This document shows positions 30,091 to 38,375 of a stretch of 64,000 nucleotides of DNA, piece by piece; the first letter of the stretch is position 1; the number at the start of each line of letters is the position of its first letter. The stretch is from Solirubrobacteraceae bacterium (GTDB taxonomy: Bacteria; Actinomycetota; Thermoleophilia; Solirubrobacterales; Solirubrobacteraceae): positions 4,334 through 68,333 of the forward strand of contig JAUMFO010000025.1 in assembly GCA_032119795.1 (NCBI GenBank), given 5' to 3'. The notes below the pieces were generated by a model. It did not search any database. It worked only from the letters and a program-made list of their open reading frames with translations, and was not told where the DNA came from. The translations under genes and the position numbers were made by a program.

Positions 30091-31278
30091 ATGTCTCGTT
30101 TGCGTCGTTTGCTGCTGGTAGTGGCCGTCGCGCACGCCGGCGCCCTGGGCGTCGCCTGCGCCGCGGCGGCCGCCGAGCCCTCCACCGTGTGGGGCTGTCT
30201 GCCGGGCGCCACACCGAACCCGTGCGACGGCTCCCTGGCGACGACCTACCTCTCGTCGACGACCATCCAGCCGCGCCGGGTCGATCGCATCGAGACGCCG
30301 ATGAAGCCGGCGAGCCATCCCGTCGACTGCTTCTACGTGTACCCGACGGTCGTCAGCGGGATGCGCCAGAGCGCGCCGCGGTACCGCACGGCCGAGGTCG
30401 ACGCGATCCTGAAGTACGAAGCCGCGAGGTTCTCGCAGGTCTGCGATGTCTATGCCCCGATCTACCGGCAGGTCACGGCCGCCGGGCTCGCCAACCCCGT
30501 CGATCTGCTCAACGCGATCGGTGGGAGCACCGAGCCGGCTCCCAGCGTGAAGATCGCTTACGCCGATGTCGTCGCCGCCTGGCGCGACTACCTCGCCCAC
30601 CACAACCGGGGCCGCGGCGTCGTATTGATCGGCCACTCTCAGGGCAGCGGCATGCTCGAGCGCCTGATCATCGACGAGATCGACGGGGATCCGGCCGTCC
30701 GCGCAAAGGTCGTGTCGGCGATCCTTCCCGGCGGCAACCTCGTCGTGGACCTCGGCCGACGCACCGGAGATTTCGCCAACATCCCGACGTGCGCCGCCAA
30801 AGAGGAGACGGGCTGCGTCGTGGCGTGGTCGACGTACGCAAGCAAGCCCAGCCCGACCGCCTACTTCGGTCGCGCCGACAGCTTTCTGCGGCGCGCCGGC
30901 GGCATCGCCGACCGGCCCGCGAGCGAGGCCGCGTGCGTGAACCCTGCCGAGCTCTCCGGCGACGCAGGCCGCCTGGAGGCGTACACCCGCACCGAGGCGT
31001 TCCCCGGACTGATCGGGGCCGTCCTGCGATCGATGTTCTACGGCTTCACGCCGCGCGCCTCGACGCCGTGGGTATCTCCCGGCGAGCGCTACCGAGGCGC
31101 CTGCGTGCGGCTCGGCGGCGCGCACGTGATGCGGGTCCGGGCGGCCACCCCCGCCACGGTGCTGCCCCTCGAGGCGCCCTGGGCGGACTGGGGTCTGCAC
31201 TTCTTCGACCTCAACCTCGCGCTCGGCAACGTGCTGCGAATCCTCGAGGCCCAGATCGCGGCTTACGCGCAGAATTAA
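30091..31278 (+). CDS. DUF3089-like secreted alpha/beta hydrolase (paralog 1)
   Basis: Signal peptide MSRLRRLLLVVAVAHAGALGVACAAAAA, VDCFYVYPTV, and nucleophile elbow GHSQGSGML. The track start at 29986 was trimmed to the ATG at 30091. Confidence 0.75.
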   Translation: MSRLRRLLLVVAVAHAGALGVACAAAAAEPSTVWGCLPGATPNPCDGSLATTYLSSTTIQPRRVDRIETPMKPASHPVDCFYVYPTVVSGMRQSAPRYRTAEVDAILKYEAARFSQVCDVYAPIYRQVTAAGLANPVDLLNAIGGSTEPAPSVKIAYADVVAAWRDYLAHHNRGRGVVLIGHSQGSGMLERLIIDEIDGDPAVRAKVVSAILPGGNLVVDLGRRTGDFANIPTCAAKEETGCVVAWSTYASKPSPTAYFGRADSFLRRAGGIADRPASEAACVNPAELSGDAGRLEAYTRTEAFPGLIGAVLRSMFYGFTPRASTPWVSPGERYRGACVRLGGAHVMRVRAATPATVLPLEAPWADWGLHFFDLNLALGNVLRILEAQIAAYAQN

Positions 31279-31334
31279 GGTCAGGTTCACCTCACGGGCG
31301 TGACGCAGCGCGGCGGCTTGGCTACGGTCGCGGG

Positions 31335-32537
31335 ATGTCTCGTCGTCTCGCCTCACTGATCGCGTCGGTTGCCCTGGCCGTCGCGGCACTCTCCACGGCG
31401 TCGGCTGCGCCAGCCGCGGGCGCGCCGTCGACCGTCTGGGCCTGTCTCCCCGGCGTGGTTCCTAACCCGTGCGAGGGGTCGCTCGAGACGACGCATCTGC
31501 GTTCGACCGTCCTGCAGGCACGCAACGTGGAGCGGGTCGAGACGCCTGCGGTCGACGCCAGCCGCCCCGTGGACTGCTTCTACGTCTACCCCACGGTCGT
31601 CAGCCTCCCGCGCGCCAACGCGCCGCAGTACGTCACGAGCGAGGTCAAAGCGATCCTGGAGTACCAGGCGTCGCGCTTCTCGCAGGTCTGCAAGGTCTTC
31701 GCGCCCGTCTACCGGCAGGCGACGTTGTTCGGGATCGTCGGTCCCGTCGCCGGTGGCGAAGGCAAGGCCACCGCCTCCGAGCCTTCTCCGACGTTCGCGC
31801 TGGCCTACGCCGACGTGAAGCGCGCGTGGAACGAGTACCTGGCGACCCGCAACGACGGCCGCGGAGTCGTCCTGATCGGCCACTCGCAGGGCAGCGGCAT
31901 GTTGATCCGGCTGCTCCGTGAAGAGATCGATCCAAGCCCCGAGCAGCGCGCCAAGATCGTCGCGGCGATCGTCCCCGGCGGCAACCTGACGGTGAAGCAG
32001 GGCCAGCGCACGGGCGGCGACCTGACGCACATCCCGACCTGCGCAACCGCGGCCGAGACGGGCTGCGCCATGGCCTGGTCGCTCTACGGCAGTGCACCCG
32101 CGAAATCCGCGCTGTTTGGCAGCATCAAGAGCAGCCTGCGCACGTCGACGGGTCTTCCGACGCCCGACGACACGGAGGTCGTCTGCACCAACCCGGCCGA
32201 GCTTTCCGGCGACGGTGGCCGCTTTGAGACGTACACCCGTCGCGAGGCCTTCCCCGGCCTGATCGGCGTCGCCCTTCGCGCCATGTACTTCGGGTTGCCG
32301 CCGCAGGCGTCGACCCCGTGGGTCGCGCCGGGCGAGCGCTACAAGGCGAGCTGTCGCCGGGTCCGCAACGGCCACGTGCTGATGGTCCGCCCCGCAAGCG
32401 CCACCACGATCCTGCCGATCGAGTCGCCCTGGCCAGACTGGGGCCTGCACCTGGCAGACGTCAATCTGCCGCTGGGCAACCTCGTGCGACTCGTACGGGA
32501 GAAGAGCGCGGCCTACGCGGCCGCGCACCCCTCCTAG
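31335..32537 (+). CDS. DUF3089-like secreted alpha/beta hydrolase (paralog 2)
   Basis: ATG at 31335 inside the fused track ORF 30189..32537. MSRRLASLIASVALAVAALSTASAAPAAGAPSTVWACLPG..., VDCFYVYPTV, GHSQGSGML. Collinear with paralog 1. Confidence 0.75.
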   Translation: MSRRLASLIASVALAVAALSTASAAPAAGAPSTVWACLPGVVPNPCEGSLETTHLRSTVLQARNVERVETPAVDASRPVDCFYVYPTVVSLPRANAPQYVTSEVKAILEYQASRFSQVCKVFAPVYRQATLFGIVGPVAGGEGKATASEPSPTFALAYADVKRAWNEYLATRNDGRGVVLIGHSQGSGMLIRLLREEIDPSPEQRAKIVAAIVPGGNLTVKQGQRTGGDLTHIPTCATAAETGCAMAWSLYGSAPAKSALFGSIKSSLRTSTGLPTPDDTEVVCTNPAELSGDGGRFETYTRREAFPGLIGVALRAMYFGLPPQASTPWVAPGERYKASCRRVRNGHVLMVRPASATTILPIESPWPDWGLHLADVNLPLGNLVRLVREKSAAYAAAHPS

Positions 32538-32550
32538 CCCGCACGCCGCC

Positions 32551-32688
32551 TCAGCTCGCCGCCCCGCGGCGCCGGTGGCGGCGTGCGCGCCACCAGGTGC
32601 CCAGGCCGGTGGCGAGCATGAGCGCCCCCGGCGACGCGCCGAGCATCTCCTCGACCGGGAAGCCGCCGACGTGCCCGAGCACGCTCAT
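32551..32688 (-). CDS. candidate micro-ORF (45 aa), single-TM with Arg-rich tail
   Basis: Below the track length cutoff. The ATG lies 12 nt after the amine oxidase stop. MSVLGHVGGFPVEEMLGASPGALMLATGLGTWWRARRHRRRGAAS. Codon position 3 is almost entirely G/C. Confidence 0.35.
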   Translation of the reverse strand: MSVLGHVGGFPVEEMLGASPGALMLATGLGTWWRARRHRRRGAAS

Positions 32689-32700
32689 GCTGCCCGTGAC

Positions 32701-34707
32701 CTAGTGCTCGTGGTGGGCGCAGTGGCTGGCGCCAGCGTGGCCGCTGGCGCTGCGCGGCATGTCGAGCGACGGGTTGCCGTCGAAGAACCCGGACGGCTTG
32801 AGCTTGAAGCCAATGTGGTGCACGGGCATCACGGGCCAATCCTCCGGACGCACCACGTGGTGGGCGCAGAACGTGTACCAAACGACGAGATCCGTATCGG
32901 CCGTTGGGCGGTCGGCTTTCGTCCACTCGGGGAGGCCCTGCCCGCCCGGGTGCTGGTAGGGGTAGTCGCCGGCGGGGTAGCGCTCGGACTCGTCGTAGGG
33001 CGTCACCCAGACCGTCTTCTGGCTGAACTGCCCGCGCTTAGCGAAGTTGCCCTCCATCGACTGCAGCGGCATCGCCGTCGCTCCCGGCTCGATCTTGTAG
33101 GCCGTCGGGTCGCCGACGAGGTTCTTCTTGTCTGAGCTCTGGATCTTCCAGAACCGCGCCTTGTAGGGGTCGACGACGCGCTCGCCGGCCGTCTCGGTGT
33201 CGATCACCGTCGCCTCGGTCTTCCAGACGTTGCCGAGCGGGTTGTCCGGGTGGTCGAGCGGCAGCGGCACGGAGTCGACCTCGACGACGCGGTTCGCCGG
33301 GCCGTCGATCTCCGGGTCGATCCGCACGTTGAAGAAGTGCTGGTGGTGGGCCCCGTAAAGGCCGGGCGCGAGCTTGGCGCCGTACTTCGGGTCGCCGTCG
33401 GCCGGATCGTAGGCGCCGGTGGAGAGCACGCCCGAGAGCTTGGCCTCGAACTCGATGGTGCCATCGGTGTAGAGGTGCCAGAAGAACCCGTACTCGTAGT
33501 TGCCGACCGTCGCGATCATCGACACCACGAGGCGCCGCAGCCGGCGCACCTCGACCTCGCCGTTGCGGAAGTCGGTGTGCTTCCAGCCGAAGCCGTAGTC
33601 CTCCTCATGCATGCAGATCGCGTTGGGGATCACGACGGGCTCGCCGTCCTGGTCGTGGCAGACGCCATCGAGGTAGGTGATGTCGCCCAAGCAGTCGCAG
33701 CCAAGCTCGAGCGGGTTGGCCAGCCAGCCGATGCCGACCTCGCCCATGTCGAACACGTTCTTGAAGTTCTGCGTCGGCGACGGATCGGCGTAGGGGATGA
33801 ACATCTCCGCCAGCGAGATCCGGTGGAAGATCGGGCGCAGCGTCGGGTTCTCCGGGTCGCCGTCCTTGTAGCCGATCCGGTGCAAGACGATGCCCTCGCG
33901 CATCGTGAAGCCGATCCGGAAGTCCCACTTCTGCCACTGGATGTGGTGGCCGTCGACCGTGAAGCTCGGGCCCTGCGGCTGCGTGATCTCGATCGGCTTG
34001 ACGTCTTTACGCTCCGACCACACGCGGGTGACGTTGTTGGCGTCGCCGAGCATCATCTCCGGCACGTAGTTGCCAGACATCGCCGGGATCGGGATCTCGG
34101 CGGTGTCCTCGACGGTGACCTCCTTCGTGTCGAGGTCGATCACGCAGACGACGCCGTCGACCGGGCGCGCGTAGCCGTGGGCGCCTTCCTTGTCCTTGAC
34201 CCACGTCAGCGGGCGAGAGATGCGGCGGTTGCTCGGGTGGTCGTCCGGGCCTTGATAGCTCGACGGCCAGGGGTCGAGCATGCAGAGGTCGAAGTCGGTG
34301 ATCCCGCGGCGGGTCATCGCGGCCTGCCAGTCGGGGTGGGCCTTGCAGGTCTCCTCGATGAGCTCGAAGTCCTCCATCGTCAGCGAGGCCTGCACCCCCT
34401 CCTTCACCTCATGGGAGAGCAGCGCGTCGTCGGTGAGGGAGACGATCGCTTCGTTGGTCGAGCGGTCCTCGATGTTGCGGAACACGGCGTGCGCCTCACG
34501 CGGAACCGCGACACCTGGTTCCCAAGAGCGGATGACGTCCTTGGCGGGCTCCTTGAGCGAGATGAACACGAAGCGCGCGGCGGGGCCGAGGCCAGTCTCG
34601 CGGCGGATGATCTCGGCCGTCTGCTTGAACTCCTCCGCGGTGAGCGGCTCGAGTGGGTGCAGCGTGAGCGTGGTGTCGTCGGTGAGGGTGGCGGGGGGCG
34701 GATTCAT
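32701..34707 (-). CDS. copper-containing primary amine oxidase (TPQ cofactor)
   Basis: TPQ consensus TVGNYEYGFFW, Cu ligand region GAHHQHFFNVRID, and a length typical of the family. Unusual C-terminal tail SGHAGASHCAHHEH. Confidence 0.9.
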   Translation of the reverse strand: MNPPPATLTDDTTLTLHPLEPLTAEEFKQTAEIIRRETGLGPAARFVFISLKEPAKDVIRSWEPGVAVPREAHAVFRNIEDRSTNEAIVSLTDDALLSHEVKEGVQASLTMEDFELIEETCKAHPDWQAAMTRRGITDFDLCMLDPWPSSYQGPDDHPSNRRISRPLTWVKDKEGAHGYARPVDGVVCVIDLDTKEVTVEDTAEIPIPAMSGNYVPEMMLGDANNVTRVWSERKDVKPIEITQPQGPSFTVDGHHIQWQKWDFRIGFTMREGIVLHRIGYKDGDPENPTLRPIFHRISLAEMFIPYADPSPTQNFKNVFDMGEVGIGWLANPLELGCDCLGDITYLDGVCHDQDGEPVVIPNAICMHEEDYGFGWKHTDFRNGEVEVRRLRRLVVSMIATVGNYEYGFFWHLYTDGTIEFEAKLSGVLSTGAYDPADGDPKYGAKLAPGLYGAHHQHFFNVRIDPEIDGPANRVVEVDSVPLPLDHPDNPLGNVWKTEATVIDTETAGERVVDPYKARFWKIQSSDKKNLVGDPTAYKIEPGATAMPLQSMEGNFAKRGQFSQKTVWVTPYDESERYPAGDYPYQHPGGQGLPEWTKADRPTADTDLVVWYTFCAHHVVRPEDWPVMPVHHIGFKLKPSGFFDGNPSLDMPRSASGHAGASHCAHHEH

Positions 34708-34821
34708 GGGAGAGCGACCTTGCAGGTGTCGTCAGTGAGGTGAACGGGGGAAGTCGACGCGCCGTCGCGCGCCGCCCTAGCTGGTGACCCGGGGCGGCGC
34801 GCGGCGACGATTGGTGTTGGA

Positions 34822-36396
34822 CTAGGCGGTAGCGACGTGGTGGCGCGTGCCGTGCAGCGCCTCTTCGACGCCCGGCTCGTCGGCCTCGAACGCGCCGATG
34901 CGGGCGTACGTCGTCGGCTTGGAGGCCTTCAGGTAGGCCGCGTAGCCCGCCGCGAGGGCGAACACGGCAAGTGCGGCCAACGGGAAGTACTTGATGAACG
35001 GAGCGTCGGCGGCGCCGCCGAGCGTGCCGCGCCCGTCGACCAGCAGGTACATCGCACCGAGCTGGAAGATGCCGCCGAGCAGCGGCGCGAGTCCGGTCTT
35101 CCACCAGTGGAAGCCGTCCTTGGCCTCGGTCATGAAGTACCGGATGATCGCGAAGGAGCAGATCGCCTGGACGGCGAGGATGCCGAGGACACCGAGGAGC
35201 GGGGTCCAGGTGGCGAGCTTCAGGAGCGAGTCGAGCGTCGACGGGTAGGAGATCGTGAACGCGAGGATCCAGACGGCGACGATCGCCGTCACGGCGAGCG
35301 CCGCGTTCACCGGGCTCTGGCGTACAGGGTGGGTCTTCGCGAAGGTGGCCGGCAGGATGCCTTCACGCGACAGCGAGAAGATGTAGCGGGCGCCGGTGTT
35401 GAAGAACGCCATGGCGCAGGCGAACGAACTCGTGATCATCAGGAACTCGAACATCGTCTTGAGCCACGGGCCGGCGAACGACTCCGCGATCGGGTACCAC
35501 GCCGAGACGGACTCGCCGGCGAACTGCCCGGCGACGCCCTCTGCCACGCCGGTCTTGCCCCAGGCAGTGACGAAGACGAGCGACATCAGGATGTAGAAGA
35601 GGCCGAGGCCAATGACCGAGCCGTAGGTGGCGATCTTCGCGATCTTCTTTGGATCACGCGACTCCTCGGCGTAGTTCGGAGCCATCTCGAACCCGACCCA
35701 CGACCAGAACGCTCCGAACAGCGCAATACCGACGGCCGCCGCGCCGAAGACCTTGACCGCAACCTCGTTGTTGAAGAGTTCGGCCGGGTTGAGAGCCTCG
35801 AGCACGATGCCGTCCGGGCCGCCGCCCTTGAGGAGGACCGCGATCGCCAGGATCGTCAGGACGCCGATCTCCGCGATGAGCGCCGTCCCGAGGACCTTGG
35901 CGGTGAGCTCGATGTCGAAGAACGCGAACGCAGCCATCGCCGCCAGGCCGAGGAACGAGTAGACGTAGCCCGGCATCGAGAAGCCGGTCCAGTCCTCGAT
36001 CGTCGACGAGGCGAAGTAACCCAGCGCGCCGAGGACTCCGGCGCAGAAGATGATGTAACAGAGGCTGATCAGGATGCCTGAGGCCAGACCAGTCGTTGGC
36101 CCCAGACCTCGCGTGATGAAGGTGTAGAAGCCACCGATCGAGCTGACGCGGCGGCTCATCTCGATGTAGCCGACGGAGAAGATCACGAGAACGATCGTCG
36201 CCACCAGGAACGCGGCTGGCGCCGCGAACCCGCTGCCGAGCACGGTGACCGGCACGTTGAACACCATCGCGGCGAGCGGCGCCGCGCCCGTCACGATCAG
36301 GAACAGCACCTGGACCGGACCGAGGGCTCCCTTCTGAAGGGCTCCGGCGGAGGACTTGCCCTCCGCTGGAGCCGGTGTACCGACAGCTGTGCTCAT
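34822..36396 (-). CDS. APC-superfamily amino acid/amine permease
   Basis: About 12 TM segments. N-terminal LQKGALGPVQVLFLIVTGAAPLAAM. ATG at 36396; the track start at 36528 is a shadow. Confidence 0.85.
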   Translation of the reverse strand: MSTAVGTPAPAEGKSSAGALQKGALGPVQVLFLIVTGAAPLAAMVFNVPVTVLGSGFAAPAAFLVATIVLVIFSVGYIEMSRRVSSIGGFYTFITRGLGPTTGLASGILISLCYIIFCAGVLGALGYFASSTIEDWTGFSMPGYVYSFLGLAAMAAFAFFDIELTAKVLGTALIAEIGVLTILAIAVLLKGGGPDGIVLEALNPAELFNNEVAVKVFGAAAVGIALFGAFWSWVGFEMAPNYAEESRDPKKIAKIATYGSVIGLGLFYILMSLVFVTAWGKTGVAEGVAGQFAGESVSAWYPIAESFAGPWLKTMFEFLMITSSFACAMAFFNTGARYIFSLSREGILPATFAKTHPVRQSPVNAALAVTAIVAVWILAFTISYPSTLDSLLKLATWTPLLGVLGILAVQAICSFAIIRYFMTEAKDGFHWWKTGLAPLLGGIFQLGAMYLLVDGRGTLGGAADAPFIKYFPLAALAVFALAAGYAAYLKASKPTTYARIGAFEADEPGVEEALHGTRHHVATA

Positions 36397-36572
36397 GAAC
36401 GTGCCTCTGGGGTCTTGGGGGGCGGGGCGGCTTAGGGGGGAAAGCCAGATTGACCCGGACGCTGCGGCCCACTTCTGAGCCACGACGCGTTGGCGGGCAT
36501 CTTGCGCCTCGCTGCAGCACCTCCACATGGCCCGGTGGCCAAAGCGGCGGCCCGCGATACGGCCCTTCGGCC

Positions 36573-36597
36573 TAATGGCCTTCGTTCAAGGCCATTA
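36573..36597. promoter_or_regulatory. perfect 10-bp inverted repeat, candidate operator upstream of permease
   Basis: taatggcctt-cgttc-aaggccatta in an AT-richer patch, about 180 bp upstream of the permease start. Confidence 0.4.
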
Positions 36598-36626
36598 TCG
36601 CGGAATGCCCCGATTTCTCGGGCGAT

Positions 36627-36648
36627 TTGTCGTACCGCGGTGCGACAA
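36627..36648. promoter_or_regulatory. 22-bp near-perfect palindrome, candidate GntR/FadR-type operator
   Basis: ttgtcg-ta-ccgcgg-tg-cgacaa (one mismatched pair), with a TGT..ACA-type outer half-site. Confidence 0.4.
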
Positions 36649-36722
36649 TGCTCGGCGCGTTTGGCCTCGGTGGCCAGCGCGGCGGCTCGGGGCGGGCGAC
36701 GGCGTCCCTCGCCCCGGACGGG

Positions 36723-37496
36723 CTAGAGGTCGGCGAGCAACTCGCGGACGTTGTCGGCCGTCCACGCCGCGTGGGTGCGCATCGCCGCTGCTGCCGCGTC
36801 CGGGTCGCGGGTGGCGATCGCCTGGAGAATGGCGTCGTGCTCGACGGCCGTGCGTTCCTGCCAGACCGGGCTCGCTGGCCGGGCGAGGAGGGCATCATTG
36901 AGGATCAGGCGCACCTGGACGACGGCCTCGTGCACGAAGGAGTTGTGCGACGCCGACGCGATGGCGAGGTGAAACGCGTTGTCGCGGGCCGTGAAGGTCG
37001 CGTCGTCCTCGGCCTCGGCGCTTGCGGCGCCTTCCGCGGCGACCGTGATGAGGTTGAGTTCGGCGTCCGTTCGCACCACTGCTGCGAGCGCCGCTGCATG
37101 CGGCTCGACGATCTCTCGGAAGGTGAGCGCCTGAACGATCGCGTCGCCGCTGCGGCGCAGCCGGGCGAGCAGGTAGTCGCGGGCCAGCTCGTCGTCGTGG
37201 AGCGACAACACGAACGTGCCGCCGTGGCGCCCCCGCTTGGTGACGACAAGCCGCTCGGCTTCCAGGAGCCGGATCGCCGCCTGCACGGTCGCGCGCCCGA
37301 CCCCGAGTTCCTCTGCGAGGTCGCGATCCGACGGCAGCGAGTCGCCCGCGCGCACCAATCGCAGCGTGATTCGCCGGCGGATCTCCTCCGCGACATGCTC
37401 GTGGGCGCGCAGCAGGCGAGCCCGCTCCAGCGAAGGCCCCGCCAACGCTGGCATCACAACCGGGGCGCCAGCCCCATCGGTGTCGACGGACGTCAT
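36723..37496 (-). CDS. GntR-family (FadR/FCD subfamily) transcriptional regulator
   Basis: Winged HTH GDSLPSDRDLAEELGVGRATVQAAIRLLEAERLVVTKRGRHGGTFV plus a helical FCD-like C-terminus. ATG at 37496 (alternative at 37547). Confidence 0.85.
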   Translation of the reverse strand: MTSVDTDGAGAPVVMPALAGPSLERARLLRAHEHVAEEIRRRITLRLVRAGDSLPSDRDLAEELGVGRATVQAAIRLLEAERLVVTKRGRHGGTFVLSLHDDELARDYLLARLRRSGDAIVQALTFREIVEPHAAALAAVVRTDAELNLITVAAEGAASAEAEDDATFTARDNAFHLAIASASHNSFVHEAVVQVRLILNDALLARPASPVWQERTAVEHDAILQAIATRDPDAAAAAMRTHAAWTADNVRELLADL

Positions 37497-37603
37497 CCCG
37501 GCCAAGCGTACGCGCGGCGGCGGGATGGCGCCAAGGCGGGAGTGCACGGCGGCGGCGGGGAAGCACCGTTGGGGGCGACTGGACTCGACGGCCGATGCGG
37601 TGA

Positions 37604-37770
37604 CTGGGCGGTTGGCGGCGTCGGGACTTCGCCGTCGCTACGGCATTTGAGCGAGTTGGCGGCGGCGGATTCTCTATCGCTTCGGGATCGGCGGGCGCCT
37701 TCGCACCGAGGGCGGTGCGGGTTGGCGGCGTTTGGGCTGGTTGGCGGCGGTGGGACTTCGATCGCCTGGC
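37604..37770. repeat. left arm of large degenerate palindrome (4x TTGGCGGCG core)
   Basis: Collinear with the reverse complement of 38170-38375. For example, 37604-37644 against the RC of 38335-38375 matches at 31/41 by hand alignment, and gcaccgagggcgg (37703-37715) has an exact RC at 38221-38233. Confidence 0.75.
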
Positions 37771-37790
37771 GGCCGGTGGGCGCCGGGCGG

Positions 37791-37814
37791 GCCGCAACCG
37801 CTGGCGGTTGCGGC
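37791..37814. repeat. palindrome GCAACC-N6-GGTTGC (copy 1, 10-bp stem)
   Basis: gccgcaaccg-ctgg-cggttgcggc. Confidence 0.8.
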
Positions 37815-37884
37815 GGCGAACTCCCGTCACGTAGGGGTGTTCAGCGACGGCAAGTGACCGGAGTTCGTTTCGATCGGGCGAAGT

Positions 37885-37902
37885 GCAACCCACAGCGGTT
37901 GC
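37885..37902. repeat. palindrome GCAACC-N6-GGTTGC (copy 2)
   Basis: gcaacc-cacagc-ggttgc. Confidence 0.8.
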
Positions 37903-38069
37903 GGCGTCGCGGAGGTCGCGCCCCGAGCGCCCTTTTTGGGCGTTCGGGACGCCAGCCCGGCTCGCACAACCCCTGAAGCTTGTATTGACCTGACATAACA
38001 GCGCCGCTAGGCGCCGTTCGCGCTCAAACCGCCGCACGCCCGGCGGTTTCAACGCGACAGCAAACCCCC

Positions 38070-38088
38070 GCAACCCCCAGGCGGTTGC
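38070..38088. repeat. palindrome GCAACC-N7-GGTTGC (copy 3)
   Basis: gcaacc-cccaggc-ggttgc. It is the mirror counterpart of copy 2 about the dyad axis. Confidence 0.8.
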
Positions 38089-38094
38089 ACCCCG

Positions 38095-38147
38095 CTGGTT
38101 GGACCCATCCTGGGCACGGCAGGCGTGCCTACTTTGGGTCCAACCAG
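38095..38147. other. perfect 13-bp-stem hairpin with nested 6-bp hairpin
   Basis: ctggttggaccca ... tgggtccaaccag. The 27-nt loop contains ggcacg-gcagg-cgtgcc. Confidence 0.8.
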
Positions 38148-38169
38148 TCCGCCCGGCGCCCCCAGACGC

Positions 38170-38375
38170 CGAAGCGATCTCAAATCCGCCGCCGCCAACC
38201 AGCGCAAACCACGACTCCGCCCGCCCTCGGTGCGGCGGCGCCCTCAGATCCCGCAGCGATCCCCATTCCACCGCCGCCAACGACCCAGACGCCGTACCGA
38301 GCCGCCAAGTCCCACCGCCGCTCACGACCTGGACGCCGCAACGGCCGCCAAGTCCCGCCACCGCCAGCGACCCAG
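38170..38375. repeat. right arm of large degenerate palindrome (4x CGCCGCCAA core)
   Basis: Reverse-complement counterpart of 37604-37770, with one extra unit of about 40 bp. It ends about 25 bp before the stop of the ABC-2 permease gene. Confidence 0.75.

Noticed and set aside
30189-32537. 782-aa ORF spanning both DUF3089 genes
   Set aside because: The first 382 codons are an R/P/G-rich out-of-frame shadow of paralog 1. The real gene starts at the ATG at 31335 with a signal peptide.
37988-37998. XerD-arm-like 11-mer (the minus strand reads TTATGTCAGGT) at the centre of the palindrome, raising the idea of a dif site
   Set aside because: As far as I remember, actinobacterial dif sites have a XerD arm like TTATGTCAAGT. 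A dif site also needs a partner XerC arm ending in ...ATAA six bp away, and the sequence there is ggcgcctagcg-gcgctg. With only one half-site and a consensus recalled from memory, the idea is not supportable.
37604-38375. CRISPR array as an explanation for the repeated units
   Set aside because: The repeats are degenerate (about three quarters identical), irregularly spaced and present in both orientations. There are no uniform spacers and no cas genes.
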